A stretch of 64,000 nt of DNA from an uncultured Bacilli bacterium (GCA_934155005.1 CAKPGR010000001.1:18054-82053), one strand, 5' to 3'. Positions 18,465-29,480 are shown, numbered from the stretch's first letter. The notes: generated by a model not told the origin, from the sequence alone. Numbers and translations: made by a program.

Positions 18465-18899
18465 CTATTTTAATTTTAACTCTACTGGTTGTTGAGCAAT
18501 ATGTGGATGCTCAGAACCTGCATAAACAAATAATTTTTTATACATTTGACGTCCAAGTCTTCCTTTTGGAAGCATACCTTTAACAGCTCTTTCCATCATT
18601 TCAACTGGATAATTTTCTTTCATTGTACGTGCAGTTCTTTCTCTTAATCCTCCAGTATATCTACTGTGATTGTAATAAATTTTGTTATCTAATTTATTAC
18701 CAGTTAAATTTACTTTTGAAGAGTTAATTACGATTACATAATCTCCACAATCAATATGTGGTGTGAAAGTTGGTTTATTTTTTCCTCTTAAAATGTGAGC
18801 AACTTGTGTAGCTACACGTCCTAAGTTTTGACCTTCAGCATCAATTACGTACCAATTACGAACAACGTCTTCTTTTTTTTGCATATAAGTGTCTTTCAT
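18465..18899 (-). CDS. rplM: 50S ribosomal protein L13
   Basis: ...[35 protein letters not shown]... Confidence 0.97.
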   Translation of the reverse strand: MKDTYMQKKEDVVRNWYVIDAEGQNLGRVATQVAHILRGKNKPTFTPHIDCGDYVIVINSSKVNLTGNKLDNKIYYNHSRYTGGLRERTARTMKENYPVEMMERAVKGMLPKGRLGRQMYKKLFVYAGSEHPHIAQQPVELKLK

Positions 18900-18929
18900 A
18901 ATATTTTCCTTCCCTTTACTAATTTTGTT

Positions 18930-19013
18930 GAAATAAGTGTTCCCAATACTTATTTCATGGGATATTTAAAATGTACCAATTAAAATTGTACTAAAACATT
19001 GTTTAAAAGTCAA
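18930..19013 (-). promoter_or_regulatory. rplM promoter (TTGACT-N17-TACAAT) plus a structured 5' leader hairpin (possible L13 leader)
   Basis: On the minus strand the -35 is at 19013-19008 and the -10 at 18990-18985. The 9-bp stem GAAATAAGT/ACTTATTTC at 18956-18930 lies between the promoter and the RBS. Confidence 0.4.
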
Positions 19014-19023
19014 TAATTTTAGT

Positions 19024-19764
19024 TTATTTTTTTTTATAATACACGGTATCTAAGTATAATCCCTCTGCTGGTGCGGTTATAAAAGCTTCCTTTCTATCTT
19101 TTTTATTTATTATATCTACAATATCTTTGGGATTTATCTTTTCTTCTCCAACAAATATTAATGTTCCAACAATATTTCTAACCATATATCTTAAAAAGCC
19201 GTCACCAATAAATTCTAAATAAATAATACCATTTTCTTGTTTTATATTTATATCATATATTGTTCTTGTATAATTAGTTATTTCTTTTGTTGCTTTTGTA
19301 AATGATTTAAAATCATGTTTCCCTATAAAATATTTACTTGCTTCTTTCATTTTTGAAATATTTAAATTCTTATTATATTGATATACATAATTTCTATCAA
19401 ATAAATTATATTCTAAAATATTTATTTTATATACATATTTTTTCTTTTCTACATTAAAACGAGCATGAAAATTATTATCTACTTCTTCTATATGATTAAT
19501 ATAAATATCATTTGGAAGCATTTTATTTAATTTTTCTTTTATTTCTTTTAAATTATAATTTTTTTCTAAGTCAAAATGGGCTGCTTGATTAAGTGCATGA
19601 ACCTTAGCGTCTGTTCTACCTGATGCGTGAATTATAACTTTATTATTGCTATTAATTTTTGTTAAAGCTTGTTCAATAGTCTGCTGAATAGTTCTTTTAT
19701 TTTTTTGTTTTTGATAACCATTATAATTTGTTCCATCATATGAAAATGTTATTAAATATCTCAT
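19024..19764 (-). CDS. truA: tRNA pseudouridine(38-40) synthase TruA
   Basis: YDGTNYNGYQKQ and GRTDAKVHA (catalytic Asp). Synteny truA-rplM-rpsI. Confidence 0.93.
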   Translation of the reverse strand: MRYLITFSYDGTNYNGYQKQKNKRTIQQTIEQALTKINSNNKVIIHASGRTDAKVHALNQAAHFDLEKNYNLKEIKEKLNKMLPNDIYINHIEEVDNNFHARFNVEKKKYVYKINILEYNLFDRNYVYQYNKNLNISKMKEASKYFIGKHDFKSFTKATKEITNYTRTIYDINIKQENGIIYLEFIGDGFLRYMVRNIVGTLIFVGEEKINPKDIVDIINKKDRKEAFITAPAEGLYLDTVYYKKK

Positions 19765-19772
19765 AATTCCTC

Positions 19773-20537
19773 CTATATATTTCTATATATATCTTTCATT
19801 AAATCATTTATTTCATCACGATATCCCAATCTTTTATTTTTTTTATTTAAAACTAAATTGGAAAATTTAATAACATTTGGAACTTCTATTCCATAGTTAT
19901 TTAATATTTTTTCTTGTTTAAAAATATCATATTTATTACCTTGTAAGGTTATTTTTTTATCATTTAGTACATATACTACATCTGTAATTTTATGAACAAA
20001 TTCTATATCATTGCTAGCAATTATTATTGTTTTATTATATCTCTTATTCATTTTATTTAAAATTTTATATAAGAGATTTTTGTTTGTATTATCTAACCCT
20101 ATAGTTGGTTCATCTAGTATAAGTACATCTGGATTAGTAATTAAAGCAAGCGCTATGGAAATTCTTTTTTTTTCACTTTCACTTAGTTTACTTATTTTTT
20201 TTTCTAATATCATTTGATTTAAATTTACCATTTTAAGAGAATCTATTATTTTTTTTAAATTGTTTGTTAAATCCTTAAAATTGTCTATTACTAAATTATT
20301 TATAAATTCTGGTTTTTCTTTAACATACGCTACTTTTTCATTGTCAAGTTTTAAAATACCATTTGCTAATGGATATTCACCAGAGATTATATTTAAAAGT
20401 GTTGTTTTACCACAACCATTTTTACCTATTATGCTACTAATTTGCCCTTTTTTAAATTTAATACTAATATTTTCTAAAACTTCTTCTGATTTATAGTTAA
20501 TCTTATTATACTCATAACTAACATTTTTTATTTCCAT
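19773..20537 (-). CDS. EcfA-like ABC ATPase (second copy) with divergent motifs
   Basis: Walker A GKNGCGKT and Walker B VLILDEP are intact. The signature is LSESEKKR (instead of LSGGQ), the Q-loop Gln is absent (VKEKPEF), and the H-loop His is replaced (ASND). The C-terminal EcfA-type tail is IEVPNVIKF. Confidence 0.65.
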   Translation of the reverse strand: MEIKNVSYEYNKINYKSEEVLENISIKFKKGQISSIIGKNGCGKTTLLNIISGEYPLANGILKLDNEKVAYVKEKPEFINNLVIDNFKDLTNNLKKIIDSLKMVNLNQMILEKKISKLSESEKKRISIALALITNPDVLILDEPTIGLDNTNKNLLYKILNKMNKRYNKTIIIASNDIEFVHKITDVVYVLNDKKITLQGNKYDIFKQEKILNNYGIEVPNVIKFSNLVLNKKNKRLGYRDEINDLMKDIYRNI

Positions 20538-21190
20538 AATTTATTCACCAACTTATTCATATCTAAGTAAATATTATCTATTAAATCATAATAACCTAAT
20601 TTTAATGATAATGAAGCCATAAATGGTAGTTCTAAGTTATTATTTTTAAATAATTTTTCTTGTTTAAAAGCTGTTTTTATATTATTATTTAAAACTATTT
20701 CTTTTTCATTTATTAATATTAGATAATCTCCATATACACTTTCTTCTACATCATTTGTTATATTAATGATTGTTTTTTTTGTTTGTTTCATATATTTAAA
20801 TAATTTAGTTTTTGTTTGATTATCTACATTATTTAAATTATTATCTAAAATAATCATTTCTTTTTTAGAATATAAAGATGATAAAACAACTATAATATTT
20901 TTTTTAGAGTCAATTAATTTATCAAATGAATAATTAAGAATTTCACTAAGGTTTATTATATTTTTTGTTTCTTTTACTTTTTCTTCTATTTCTTTTTTTG
21001 ATAATTTTGAATATATTTTTATAACTTCTAATATTGTTAAATATTCTATTTTATCTATTTCTCTTTTTAATAAAACTATATTGTTGTCTTGTTTCAAATT
21101 TTTAGCAAGTGTTGTTTTACCACAACCATTTTTACCTATAATAGTTGTTATTTTATTTTTCTTTATTTTTGAAATTATTTTTTCATTCAT
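20528..21190 (-). CDS. EcfA-like ABC ATPase (first copy), strongly degenerate
   Basis: Walker A GKNGCGKT lies only 18 aa from the N-terminus. No LSGGQ signature is recognisable. Walker B is MIILDNN (no catalytic Glu) and the H-loop is ITND. The C-terminal tail LELPFMASLSLKLGY is EcfA-like. Confidence 0.55.
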   Translation of the reverse strand: MNEKIISKIKKNKITTIIGKNGCGKTTLAKNLKQDNNIVLLKREIDKIEYLTILEVIKIYSKLSKKEIEEKVKETKNIINLSEILNYSFDKLIDSKKNIIVVLSSLYSKKEMIILDNNLNNVDNQTKTKLFKYMKQTKKTIINITNDVEESVYGDYLILINEKEIVLNNNIKTAFKQEKLFKNNNLELPFMASLSLKLGYYDLIDNIYLDMNKLVNKLWK

Positions 21191-21274
21191 ATAACCACCA
21201 TACTTAATTAGTTATTATATTATAAAACTAATTTTTTTTAAATAGTTTTAGAAAAAAAATTAGAAGTTATTCTC

Positions 21275-23152
21275 CTAATTTTCTTCATCACTTGTAGTTT
21301 CTTCTTTTATCTCTTCATCTTTTTCTGGAAGATGTTTATGTTCTACAAGATAATCTATTTCTTCTTTTGTTAATGTTTCTTGTTCAAGTAATGCTTCTGC
21401 TATTAATTTTAATAAATCTCTATTTTTTGAAATTATTTCTTTTGTTTTTTCATAGCACTCATTAATTATTTTTCTTTGTTCTTGATCTATTTCAAAAGCA
21501 ACTTGACTTGAAAAATTACGACTTTTATTATAATCTCTTCCTAAGAAAACACTACCTTCTTGTTGTTCAAATTGAACTGGTCCTAAATCACTCATACCAT
21601 ATTCTGTTACCATAGCACGAGCTATTTTAGTAGCTTTTTCAAAATCATTATGAGCTCCTGTTGTAATTTCACCAAACTCTAATTCCTCAGCTACACGTCC
21701 ACCTAAAAGACCACTAATAGATTCTAATAATTCTGTTTTTGTTGATAAATATGTTTCCTCTCTTGGTAACATTAAGTTATATCCACCTGCTGCACCTCTT
21801 GGAATTATTGTAATTTTTTGAACTTCATTAGCACCTTCAAGTTTTATTCCAACAACAGCATGCCCTGCTTCATGGTAAGCAACTGTTCGTTTTTCTTTTT
21901 CATTGTATTTATGACTTAACTTAGCTGGTCCCATTAATACTCTATCATGAGCTTCATCTATCTCTAACATAGTTATTTTCTTTTTACCACGTCTAACAGC
22001 AAGTAGTGCTGCTTCATTTAATAAGTTTTCCAAATCAGCACCGCTAAATCCAATTGTTCTTTTAGCAATATTAGCTAAATTTACATTTTTAGCAAATGTT
22101 TTACCATTGGAATGAACTTTTAATATATCTTCTCTACCTTTAATATCTGGTAAATTTACTGTAACTTGTCTATCAAATCTTCCTGGTCTAAGTAAAGCAG
22201 GATCTAGTACATCTGGTCTATTTGTTGCGGCAATAATAATTATTCCTTCGTTTGCTCCAAAACCATCCATTTCTGTAAGTAATTGGTTTAATGTTTGTTC
22301 ACGTTCATCATGACCTCCACCAATTCCTGATCCTCTTTGACGCCCAACTGCATCAATTTCATCAATAAATATTAAACATGGTGCATTATGTTTTGCTTGT
22401 TTAAACATATCTCTTACACGACTAGCTCCAACACCTACAAATAGTTCAACAAAATCAGAACCACTTATATAGTAAAATGGAACATTAGCTTCACCTGCTA
22501 CAGCTCTTGCTAATAAAGTTTTTCCTGTACCAGGAGGGCCTTGTAATAATACACCTTTTGGAATTCTAGCTCCCATTGATGTAAATTTTTTTGGATTTTT
22601 TAAGAAGTCTATTAATTCTCTAACTTCTTCTTTTTCTTCATCTAATCCAGCAACATCCTTAAATGTTACTTTATTTGAATCTTCATTCAATCTAGCACGA
22701 CTCTTACCAAAATCCATTGATTTATTAGCACTTCCCATTTGTTTTGAGATAAATATAAAAGCTATTACTAATAAAACTAACATTGGTAATACATTAATCA
22801 AGAATGAAATTAAAACACTTGACGATGGATCAGAATTAGTTTTTATTTCAATATTATATTTTTCTGACGCTGTTATTATTTTTGATACAACTTTATCAGA
22901 AATTGGAGCTTTCAAATAAAAATATTCATTTTCTCCATAATCTTTCATTTTTCCTGACAATTCATAAACACCAGCATTATTACTTGGTGTAATTGTAACT
23001 TCTGTTACTTTATCTAAATTATTATTAAATTCATTATATGTTAATTCATTTATTTTGCTATTTGCTATATTCATAAAAGCAAGTACGCCTATTATAAATA
23101 CAAATAATAATCCATATGGAATAGCATTCTTTTTGATTGTTTTTTTATTCAT
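21275..23152 (-). CDS. ftsH: ATP-dependent zinc metalloprotease FtsH
   Basis: Two N-terminal TM segments, AAA+ [11 protein letters not shown], and zinc site HEAGHA. Confidence 0.97.
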   Translation of the reverse strand: MNKKTIKKNAIPYGLLFVFIIGVLAFMNIANSKINELTYNEFNNNLDKVTEVTITPSNNAGVYELSGKMKDYGENEYFYLKAPISDKVVSKIITASEKYNIEIKTNSDPSSSVLISFLINVLPMLVLLVIAFIFISKQMGSANKSMDFGKSRARLNEDSNKVTFKDVAGLDEEKEEVRELIDFLKNPKKFTSMGARIPKGVLLQGPPGTGKTLLARAVAGEANVPFYYISGSDFVELFVGVGASRVRDMFKQAKHNAPCLIFIDEIDAVGRQRGSGIGGGHDEREQTLNQLLTEMDGFGANEGIIIIAATNRPDVLDPALLRPGRFDRQVTVNLPDIKGREDILKVHSNGKTFAKNVNLANIAKRTIGFSGADLENLLNEAALLAVRRGKKKITMLEIDEAHDRVLMGPAKLSHKYNEKEKRTVAYHEAGHAVVGIKLEGANEVQKITIIPRGAAGGYNLMLPREETYLSTKTELLESISGLLGGRVAEELEFGEITTGAHNDFEKATKIARAMVTEYGMSDLGPVQFEQQEGSVFLGRDYNKSRNFSSQVAFEIDQEQRKIINECYEKTKEIISKNRDLLKLIAEALLEQETLTKEEIDYLVEHKHLPEKDEEIKEETTSDEEN

Positions 23153-23165
23153 AATATCTCCTTTC

Positions 23166-24503
23166 TTAATAGTACCTAAGTATTATATCATACTTTTCAT
23201 CTTTTGTTTTATCAAATTTTGATTTTTTTAATCCTGGAAGCCAAACAATAGTGTTTGCTGAATCAACAACTATTGGCCATTCTTTTCTTTCATTAACTGT
23301 AATTTTTTCATCAATAAATATATCATTAATTTTTTTACTACCTATCATTCCTTTAACATTCATTTTATCACCATTCATTCTAGTTCTAACACGAAGCGGA
23401 AATTTAACATCCTTTTTTGATAATCTACAAATATTATTATCAGTTTCTTCTGATTCTCTAACAACTTGGATATTTCTTCCATTTGGTAAATTAACATAAT
23501 TAATTATCTCTATTTCATATTCATTATATTCAATTTCTTCTGTTATAAAAACTAAACGATTATAAGATTTTATAGCTTTTAAATTATTAGGTAAATAAAT
23601 AAATGTATTAGCTTTTTTTGACATAATCAAACTATATATTAAATCAGCATGATTATCTGTTATAAGCATTAAATCTTCTTGATATATTTTTTCTAATATG
23701 TAATATATAACTTTCATTGCTATTACATATTCCAATTCTTTAAATTTATCTAAATCTAATATATTTTGTGGATAAATCTTAGGCATTACTTTTTCTACCT
23801 GTTTATCTATATAATTATTATATTCAAGTAAAATAGTTGAAAATTTGTAAAACTTTTTATGGACATTTATATCTTCTTTTTTTAATTCAGGCACTATATA
23901 TTTACGATATCTATTTCTTGTATGAATATCTTCTAAATTTGTACTATCAATGTAGTATTTTATATTATTTTTATCATCATAATCAATTATTTCAGCCTTT
24001 GTAAGTTCTATAAGAGGTCTTACAATTTTATAGCCGTCTCTTTTAACTATTTTTGAAAAACCACTATATCCTCTTAATGTTGATCCTCTAACTAAACGCA
24101 TTAAAATTGTTTCTATTAAATCATCTCCATGGTGTGCTGTAAAAAGATATTTTGCATTATATTCTCTTACTATTTTTTCAAAATAGTTATATCTCTTTGT
24201 TCTTGCTTCATTTTCAAAGTTGTCATCACCATAATCTTCTATTACTAATGATTCAAATACTATATTATTTTCTTTACAATAGTTTTCAACATATTTTTGT
24301 TCTTCTAATTGTCCTTTTCTTCCTGTATTATGGTTTACATGAGCACATATTATCTCTATATCTATTTCTTTTTTTATTCTTACTAATAAATCTATTAAAG
24401 CCATTGAATCTGGTCCACCTGATACAGCAGCAACTAATACATCACCATATTTTATTTTTAATTCTTTTGTTAGAAAATAATATGCTCTATCCATCTTTAT
24501 CAC
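23166..24503 (-). CDS. tilS: tRNA(Ile)-lysidine synthase TilS
   Basis: PP-loop SGGPDS plus the C-terminal TilS domain. It is immediately upstream of ftsH, as in Bacillus. Confidence 0.9.
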   Translation of the reverse strand: MIKMDRAYYFLTKELKIKYGDVLVAAVSGGPDSMALIDLLVRIKKEIDIEIICAHVNHNTGRKGQLEEQKYVENYCKENNIVFESLVIEDYGDDNFENEARTKRYNYFEKIVREYNAKYLFTAHHGDDLIETILMRLVRGSTLRGYSGFSKIVKRDGYKIVRPLIELTKAEIIDYDDKNNIKYYIDSTNLEDIHTRNRYRKYIVPELKKEDINVHKKFYKFSTILLEYNNYIDKQVEKVMPKIYPQNILDLDKFKELEYVIAMKVIYYILEKIYQEDLMLITDNHADLIYSLIMSKKANTFIYLPNNLKAIKSYNRLVFITEEIEYNEYEIEIINYVNLPNGRNIQVVRESEETDNNICRLSKKDVKFPLRVRTRMNGDKMNVKGMIGSKKINDIFIDEKITVNERKEWPIVVDSANTIVWLPGLKKSKFDKTKDEKYDIILRYY

Positions 24504-24533
24504 CTTATTTATTATATCAAAAAAAGCAAGAAA

Positions 24534-25184
24534 TTACCACTTAATTATTTCCTTGCCATTATTTTTTAAAAAGTTATTTGTTTTGGAAAAAGGTCTACTT
24601 CCAAAGAATCCTCTATTTGCTGATAAAGGAGAAGGATGGACACTTTCTAATATTAAATGTTTTTTATTTTCTATTAATTCTTTTTTACCTCTAGCATAAC
24701 TTCCCCATAAAATAAAAACTATTGGATCTTCTCTTTTTCCTAGTTCTTTTATTATGTAATCTGTAAATATTTCCCATCCTTTATCTTTATGAGATAGTGG
24801 TTTATCTTTTTCAACTGTCATTATAGAGTTTAATAATAATACTCCTTCTTTTGCCCAATCAGTTAAATCAGATTTAGTTCTATTAATATTTAAATCATCT
24901 TTTAATTCTTTAAATATATTTCTAAGTGATGGAGGCATTTTAACTCCTTCTCTAACAGAAAAAGAAAGTCCATGGGCTTCGTTATAGCCATGATATGGAT
25001 CTTGACCTAAAATTACAACTTTTACTTGGTCATAATCTGTATATCTTAAAGCATTAAATATATTTTTATATTCAGGAAATATTATTTTTGTTTGATATTC
25101 CTTTTTTATAAATGTTCCAAGCTTTCTGAAATATTCTTTTTTCATTTCTTGTTTTAAAATTTCATCCCATTTTTTATTTATCAT
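24534..25184 (-). CDS. ung: uracil-DNA glycosylase (family 1)
   Basis: GQDPYH and HPSPLSA motifs. Confidence 0.95.
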   Translation of the reverse strand: MINKKWDEILKQEMKKEYFRKLGTFIKKEYQTKIIFPEYKNIFNALRYTDYDQVKVVILGQDPYHGYNEAHGLSFSVREGVKMPPSLRNIFKELKDDLNINRTKSDLTDWAKEGVLLLNSIMTVEKDKPLSHKDKGWEIFTDYIIKELGKREDPIVFILWGSYARGKKELIENKKHLILESVHPSPLSANRGFFGSRPFSKTNNFLKNNGKEIIKW

Positions 25185-26019
25185 TTACTTCATCCAATCT
25201 ATTAGCTATATTTATAAAAATATCTATACTTAACATTTCAGCTCTAACACTTAAATCATAATTATATTTTTTTAATTCATCTTCTATTATTTCTAAATTA
25301 TATTCTTTTAAATTATTTCTTAATGTTTTTCTTTTTTGTTTAAAACTATCTTTTACTAATTTGAAAAAAAGTTGTTCATTTTTTACTTCCTTTTGATTTT
25401 CTTTTGGCGTAAATTCAACAATTATACTATCAACATTGGGTTTTGGAATAAAAATATTTCTACTTATATCCATTAATTTTTTTACATTAAAATAATAACC
25501 TAAATATATTGATAAAGAGTTATATTCTTTACTTCCTGGTATTGCTTTAAAACGATTTCCAACTTCTTTTTGAACCATTATAACTATTTTTGATACATCT
25601 ATTTTATCTTCTATTATTTTAGTTATAATAGGTGTTGTTATATAATATGGAAGATTGGCAACTACATATATTTTTTTGTAATTATATTTTTTTAAATCTT
25701 CATTTACATCTGCTTTTAGAAAATCTTTAAAATTAATATCTACATTATTAAATTCTTTTAAATTTTCATTTAATATTTCTTTTAAGGTTTCATCTATTTC
25801 ATAACAAACTACTTTTCCTGCTTGTTTTGCTAATTTATATGTTAAGGAACCCGCACCAGGTCCTATTTCTATAACTAATGTATCTTTATCTATGTTAGAC
25901 ATTGTTATAATTTTATCTATTATATTTTCATCTGTTATAAAATTTTGACCAAACTTTTTTTTAAAATTAAAGGATTTTTCTTCTAATAATGAATTCATTT
26001 TTTTTGGTGAATATTCCAT
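25174..26019 (-). CDS. rsmA: 16S rRNA (adenine1518/1519-N6)-dimethyltransferase
   Basis: FGQNFI, EIGPGAGSLT and NLPYYITTPI. Confidence 0.95.
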   Translation of the reverse strand: MEYSPKKMNSLLEEKSFNFKKKFGQNFITDENIIDKIITMSNIDKDTLVIEIGPGAGSLTYKLAKQAGKVVCYEIDETLKEILNENLKEFNNVDINFKDFLKADVNEDLKKYNYKKIYVVANLPYYITTPIITKIIEDKIDVSKIVIMVQKEVGNRFKAIPGSKEYNSLSIYLGYYFNVKKLMDISRNIFIPKPNVDSIIVEFTPKENQKEVKNEQLFFKLVKDSFKQKRKTLRNNLKEYNLEIIEDELKKYNYDLSVRAEMLSIDIFINIANRLDEVNDK

Positions 26020-26080
26020 ATACTTCCTCTTTTCTTATTTAATTATACTAAAACTTTGAATATATAACAAGAAAAGATGG

Positions 26081-26791
26081 TTACCATCCCCATCTTTGTA
26101 CTTCAAATGTCATGTTTGATCCCGTAAGGCCATCAGCCCCTAAAACTGTTTTGTCTGTTTGTGATGAATATGCCAAATCCATTATAATATCAGCTTTTGT
26201 TTGTTCACTCATTTTATCTAAAATAACACCTACAAATGATGTACCATCTGGCTTTGTTATTTTAACAATAGTACCAGCTTGAAATTGACTAGCTCTTGCC
26301 GCTAAAATTCTTACACTACCATATTCTTCATCTGTATAATAAATTCCATTATATTTTAAACTATGTCTTGAGCCATTTTTTGTTCTATATGATAAATAAC
26401 CTTCACCACTACAGCCTATACAATCTGGTCCATACCCAACTAATCTTCCTTTATAAATACCATATGCACCTGTTCCTTTTTCAATAACCTTATTTTGAAC
26501 TTCTTGAACTACAACTTGTTTTTTTTGTTCTTCTTTTGTATATGAAAGACCATCTACACCTTCTTTTTTAACATTAGTTATATTTTGTGGTAATTTTGAA
26601 TTATATTCAACCACTGTTTTATATTTAGTTACTTCTTGGACTACATAACCATCTTTTTTCATATTACTATTTTGTATTTCTTTACTATCTTCAACATAAT
26701 TTCCTATATTTAATAATGACATTATGGAAGTTGTTAAAATTATTATATATTTACCTGCAAATTGCAGCAAACCTATATTCATTATTTTCAC
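26081..26791 (-). CDS. G5-domain protein with a C-terminal 3D/DPBB-like domain (YabE-like)
   Basis: Signal anchor, then a G5-like segment (KTVVEYNSKLPQNITNVKKEGVDGLSY), then a C-terminal Cys-rich 3D-like domain. Its position between tatD and rsmA matches B. subtilis yabE. Confidence 0.5.
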   Translation of the reverse strand: MKIMNIGLLQFAGKYIIILTTSIMSLLNIGNYVEDSKEIQNSNMKKDGYVVQEVTKYKTVVEYNSKLPQNITNVKKEGVDGLSYTKEEQKKQVVVQEVQNKVIEKGTGAYGIYKGRLVGYGPDCIGCSGEGYLSYRTKNGSRHSLKYNGIYYTDEEYGSVRILAARASQFQAGTIVKITKPDGTSFVGVILDKMSEQTKADIIMDLAYSSQTDKTVLGADGLTGSNMTFEVQRWGW

Positions 26792-26822
26792 CTCAAATTA
26801 CTTCATTTAAATTTTATCATCT

Positions 26823-27575
26823 TTAAATATTCAAGTCAAATTGAGAAATAGCATTCTTCGTTGTTTCTTTTAATATTGTTTCATATGGCATATTTTTTAT
26901 TTCTGCTATTTTTTTAGCAATAATTTGAACATTGGTTGGATTATTTTTTTTACCTCTATATGGTTCTGGAGTCAAATAGGGACTATCTGTTTCTAATAAA
27001 ATACTATTCAAAGATAGTGTTTTTACAACTTCTTTTAATGTTTTAGAATTTTTAAATGTTACAACACCACCTATACCAAATTTAATATTCATTTTTTCTA
27101 ATTCTTTGGCCATTTCTTTACTATAACTATAACAATGGTATGTTATTTTTAAATCTGAATATTTTTGAATTATATCAAAGGTATCTTTGGCTGCATCTCT
27201 ACTATGAATAACAACTGGTTTTTGATATTTTCTAGCTAATTCTAATTGGTGAATAAGCATTTCTTTTTGTAATTCTATTTCTTCTTTACCATAATGATAA
27301 TCAAGACCAATTTCTCCAATTCCAACTATTTTAGGATTATCCATATTTTTTTCAATCAAAGATATTGTTTTTTCATTATAATCTTTTGTTTCACTTGGAT
27401 GAATTCCTATTGTTCCATATATATTTTTATATTTTTTAGAAAGTTCTATAACTTCTAAATTTGAATTATAGTCATAACCGCTAATTATGGCAATATTATT
27501 TTCTAATTTTTCTATTATTTCATCTATATTATCATATTCATCAGATAATATATGACAATGTGTATCTATATACAT
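26823..27575 (-). CDS. tatD: TatD-family metal-dependent DNase/hydrolase
   Basis: MYIDTHCHI..., GEIGLDYHY, VIHSRDA and ETDSPYL. Start at ATG 27575, 5 nt after GGAGG; the track start is read-through of the RBS. Confidence 0.9.
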   Translation of the reverse strand: MYIDTHCHILSDEYDNIDEIIEKLENNIAIISGYDYNSNLEVIELSKKYKNIYGTIGIHPSETKDYNEKTISLIEKNMDNPKIVGIGEIGLDYHYGKEEIELQKEMLIHQLELARKYQKPVVIHSRDAAKDTFDIIQKYSDLKITYHCYSYSKEMAKELEKMNIKFGIGGVVTFKNSKTLKEVVKTLSLNSILLETDSPYLTPEPYRGKKNNPTNVQIIAKKIAEIKNMPYETILKETTKNAISQFDLNI

Positions 27576-27604
27576 TTTAACCTCCAACTAAAAAAATAAA
27601 ACTA

Positions 27605-27781
27605 CTACTTCATAGCTTTATTTTCTAAACTAATTATTATATATCTAATAATACATACAAATATGAAGCCTAAATAAAGTGCATCCACATAGTTAAATCT
27701 TTCTATTAAATTACAAATTACAGCCAAAACTAAAATCATAAAAGTCATAAAAACATACTGCTTTTCTTTTATTTTTGACAT
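27605..27781 (-). CDS. small hypothetical membrane protein (58 aa, not in the ORF track)
   Basis: MSKIKEKQYVFMTFMILVLAVICNLIERFNYVDALYLGFIFVCIIRYIIISLENKAMK has two hydrophobic helices. AAAGGA lies about 8 nt upstream of the ATG. Confidence 0.3.
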   Translation of the reverse strand: MSKIKEKQYVFMTFMILVLAVICNLIERFNYVDALYLGFIFVCIIRYIIISLENKAMK

Positions 27782-27923
27782 ATATTTTCCTTTCTATAAC
27801 AACAAAATTAATATATCATATTTTGTAGTATTATTTTCATTATAATTTAAGGATTTTACACCTTTTGACACTTTTTATATTACTATTTAAAAATGTTTAA
27901 TTTTGTCAAATTATAGAATTTTT

Positions 27924-29480
27924 TTATTTTGTTAATAATTCTTCTAATTTTTTCTCTTTATCAATTCTTATAAATAATGGTGATGGTTGATTTAATTTTA
28001 TTCCATTATCTAATCCTTTAAAGTTTATACTATTTAAAAATCTATTATCTGTATTTAATTGTCTAAATATTTCATCTGCTGTATCTGGTAAAAAAGCTTG
28101 TAATAAAACTGCACCTGATCTAATTGATTCTAATAAATTATATAATACTGTTTTTAATCTCTCTTTTTTTGAATCATCTTTTGCTAGTAACCATGGTGTT
28201 GTTTCATCAATATATTTATTACATCTTCTAAATATTTCAAATATGTTATCTATAGCATCAGCAACTCTTAAATTTTCCATATTTTCGCTTACTTTATTTG
28301 GTGTTTCTAAAACTAATTTTTTTAATTCTTCATCTATTTCTTCTGTTTCAGTTGGTTCATATATAATGCCATCAAAATATTTATGAGACATTGAAATAGT
28401 TCTATTGACCAAATTTCCAAGAATATTAGCTAAATCAGAATTAATTCTTTCAATTAATAATTCGTATGTAATAGTTCCATCACTTGAAAAAGGTATTTCA
28501 TGTAATAGGTAATATCTTATTGCATCCACACCAAATTCATTTACCAAGTCATCAGCGTACATTATATTTCCTTTTGACTTACTCATCTTATCATTACCAT
28601 ATAGTACCCAAGGATGACCAAATATTTTTTTAGGAAGTGGTAAATCTAAGGCCATTAACATTATTGGCCAATAAATTGTATGAAATCTAAGAATATCTTT
28701 TCCAATTAGATGAATATCAGCAGGCCAATATTTTCTAAATTCTTCTGAATTATTTTCCATATCATAACCTAAGAAAGTAATATAATTACTTAGTGCATCA
28801 ATCCAAACATAGATTACATGTTTATTATCAAAAGTTACTGGAACACCCCAATCAAATGATGTTCTAGATACACATAAATCTTGTAAACCTGGTTTTATAA
28901 AATTATTCATTATTTCATTTTTTCTACTTTCTGGTTGAATAAAATCAGGATGTTCATTTATATATTTTACTAATCTATCTGTATAATTACTTAATTTAAA
29001 GAAATAAGCTTCTTCACTTGCCATCTTTACTTCTCTACCACAATCTGGACATTTACCATCTACTAATTGTGATTCTGTAAAGAATGACTCACATGGAGTA
29101 CAATATAATCCTTCATATTTTCCTTTATATATATCTCCTTGATCATATAATTTTTTAAAAATTTTTGAAACTATCTCTTTATGATTTGGATTAGTTGTAC
29201 GAACGAATTTATCATAACTTGTATTCATTACATCCCATATTTTTCTTACTTCCAAAGCAATTTCATCTACAAACTCTTGAGGTTTTTTATTATTTTCCTT
29301 AGCTTTTAATTCTATTTTTTCCCCATGTTCATCTGTTCCAGTTTGAAAATAAACATCATAACCTTCTAATCTTTTAAATCTAGCTATAGCATCAGCTAAA
29401 ACAACTTCATAAGTATTTCCAATATGAGGTTTACCTGATGCATACGCTATGGCTGTTGATATATAAAATGTTTTTTTCAT
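27924..29480 (-). CDS. metG: methionine--tRNA ligase (short form, without the C-terminal tRNA-binding domain)
   Basis: HIGN (PHIGNTYE), KMSKS and the zinc knuckle CPDCG. It is preceded by a T-box leader. Confidence 0.95.
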   Translation of the reverse strand: MKKTFYISTAIAYASGKPHIGNTYEVVLADAIARFKRLEGYDVYFQTGTDEHGEKIELKAKENNKKPQEFVDEIALEVRKIWDVMNTSYDKFVRTTNPNHKEIVSKIFKKLYDQGDIYKGKYEGLYCTPCESFFTESQLVDGKCPDCGREVKMASEEAYFFKLSNYTDRLVKYINEHPDFIQPESRKNEIMNNFIKPGLQDLCVSRTSFDWGVPVTFDNKHVIYVWIDALSNYITFLGYDMENNSEEFRKYWPADIHLIGKDILRFHTIYWPIMLMALDLPLPKKIFGHPWVLYGNDKMSKSKGNIMYADDLVNEFGVDAIRYYLLHEIPFSSDGTITYELLIERINSDLANILGNLVNRTISMSHKYFDGIIYEPTETEEIDEELKKLVLETPNKVSENMENLRVADAIDNIFEIFRRCNKYIDETTPWLLAKDDSKKERLKTVLYNLLESIRSGAVLLQAFLPDTADEIFRQLNTDNRFLNSINFKGLDNGIKLNQPSPLFIRIDKEKKLEELLTK

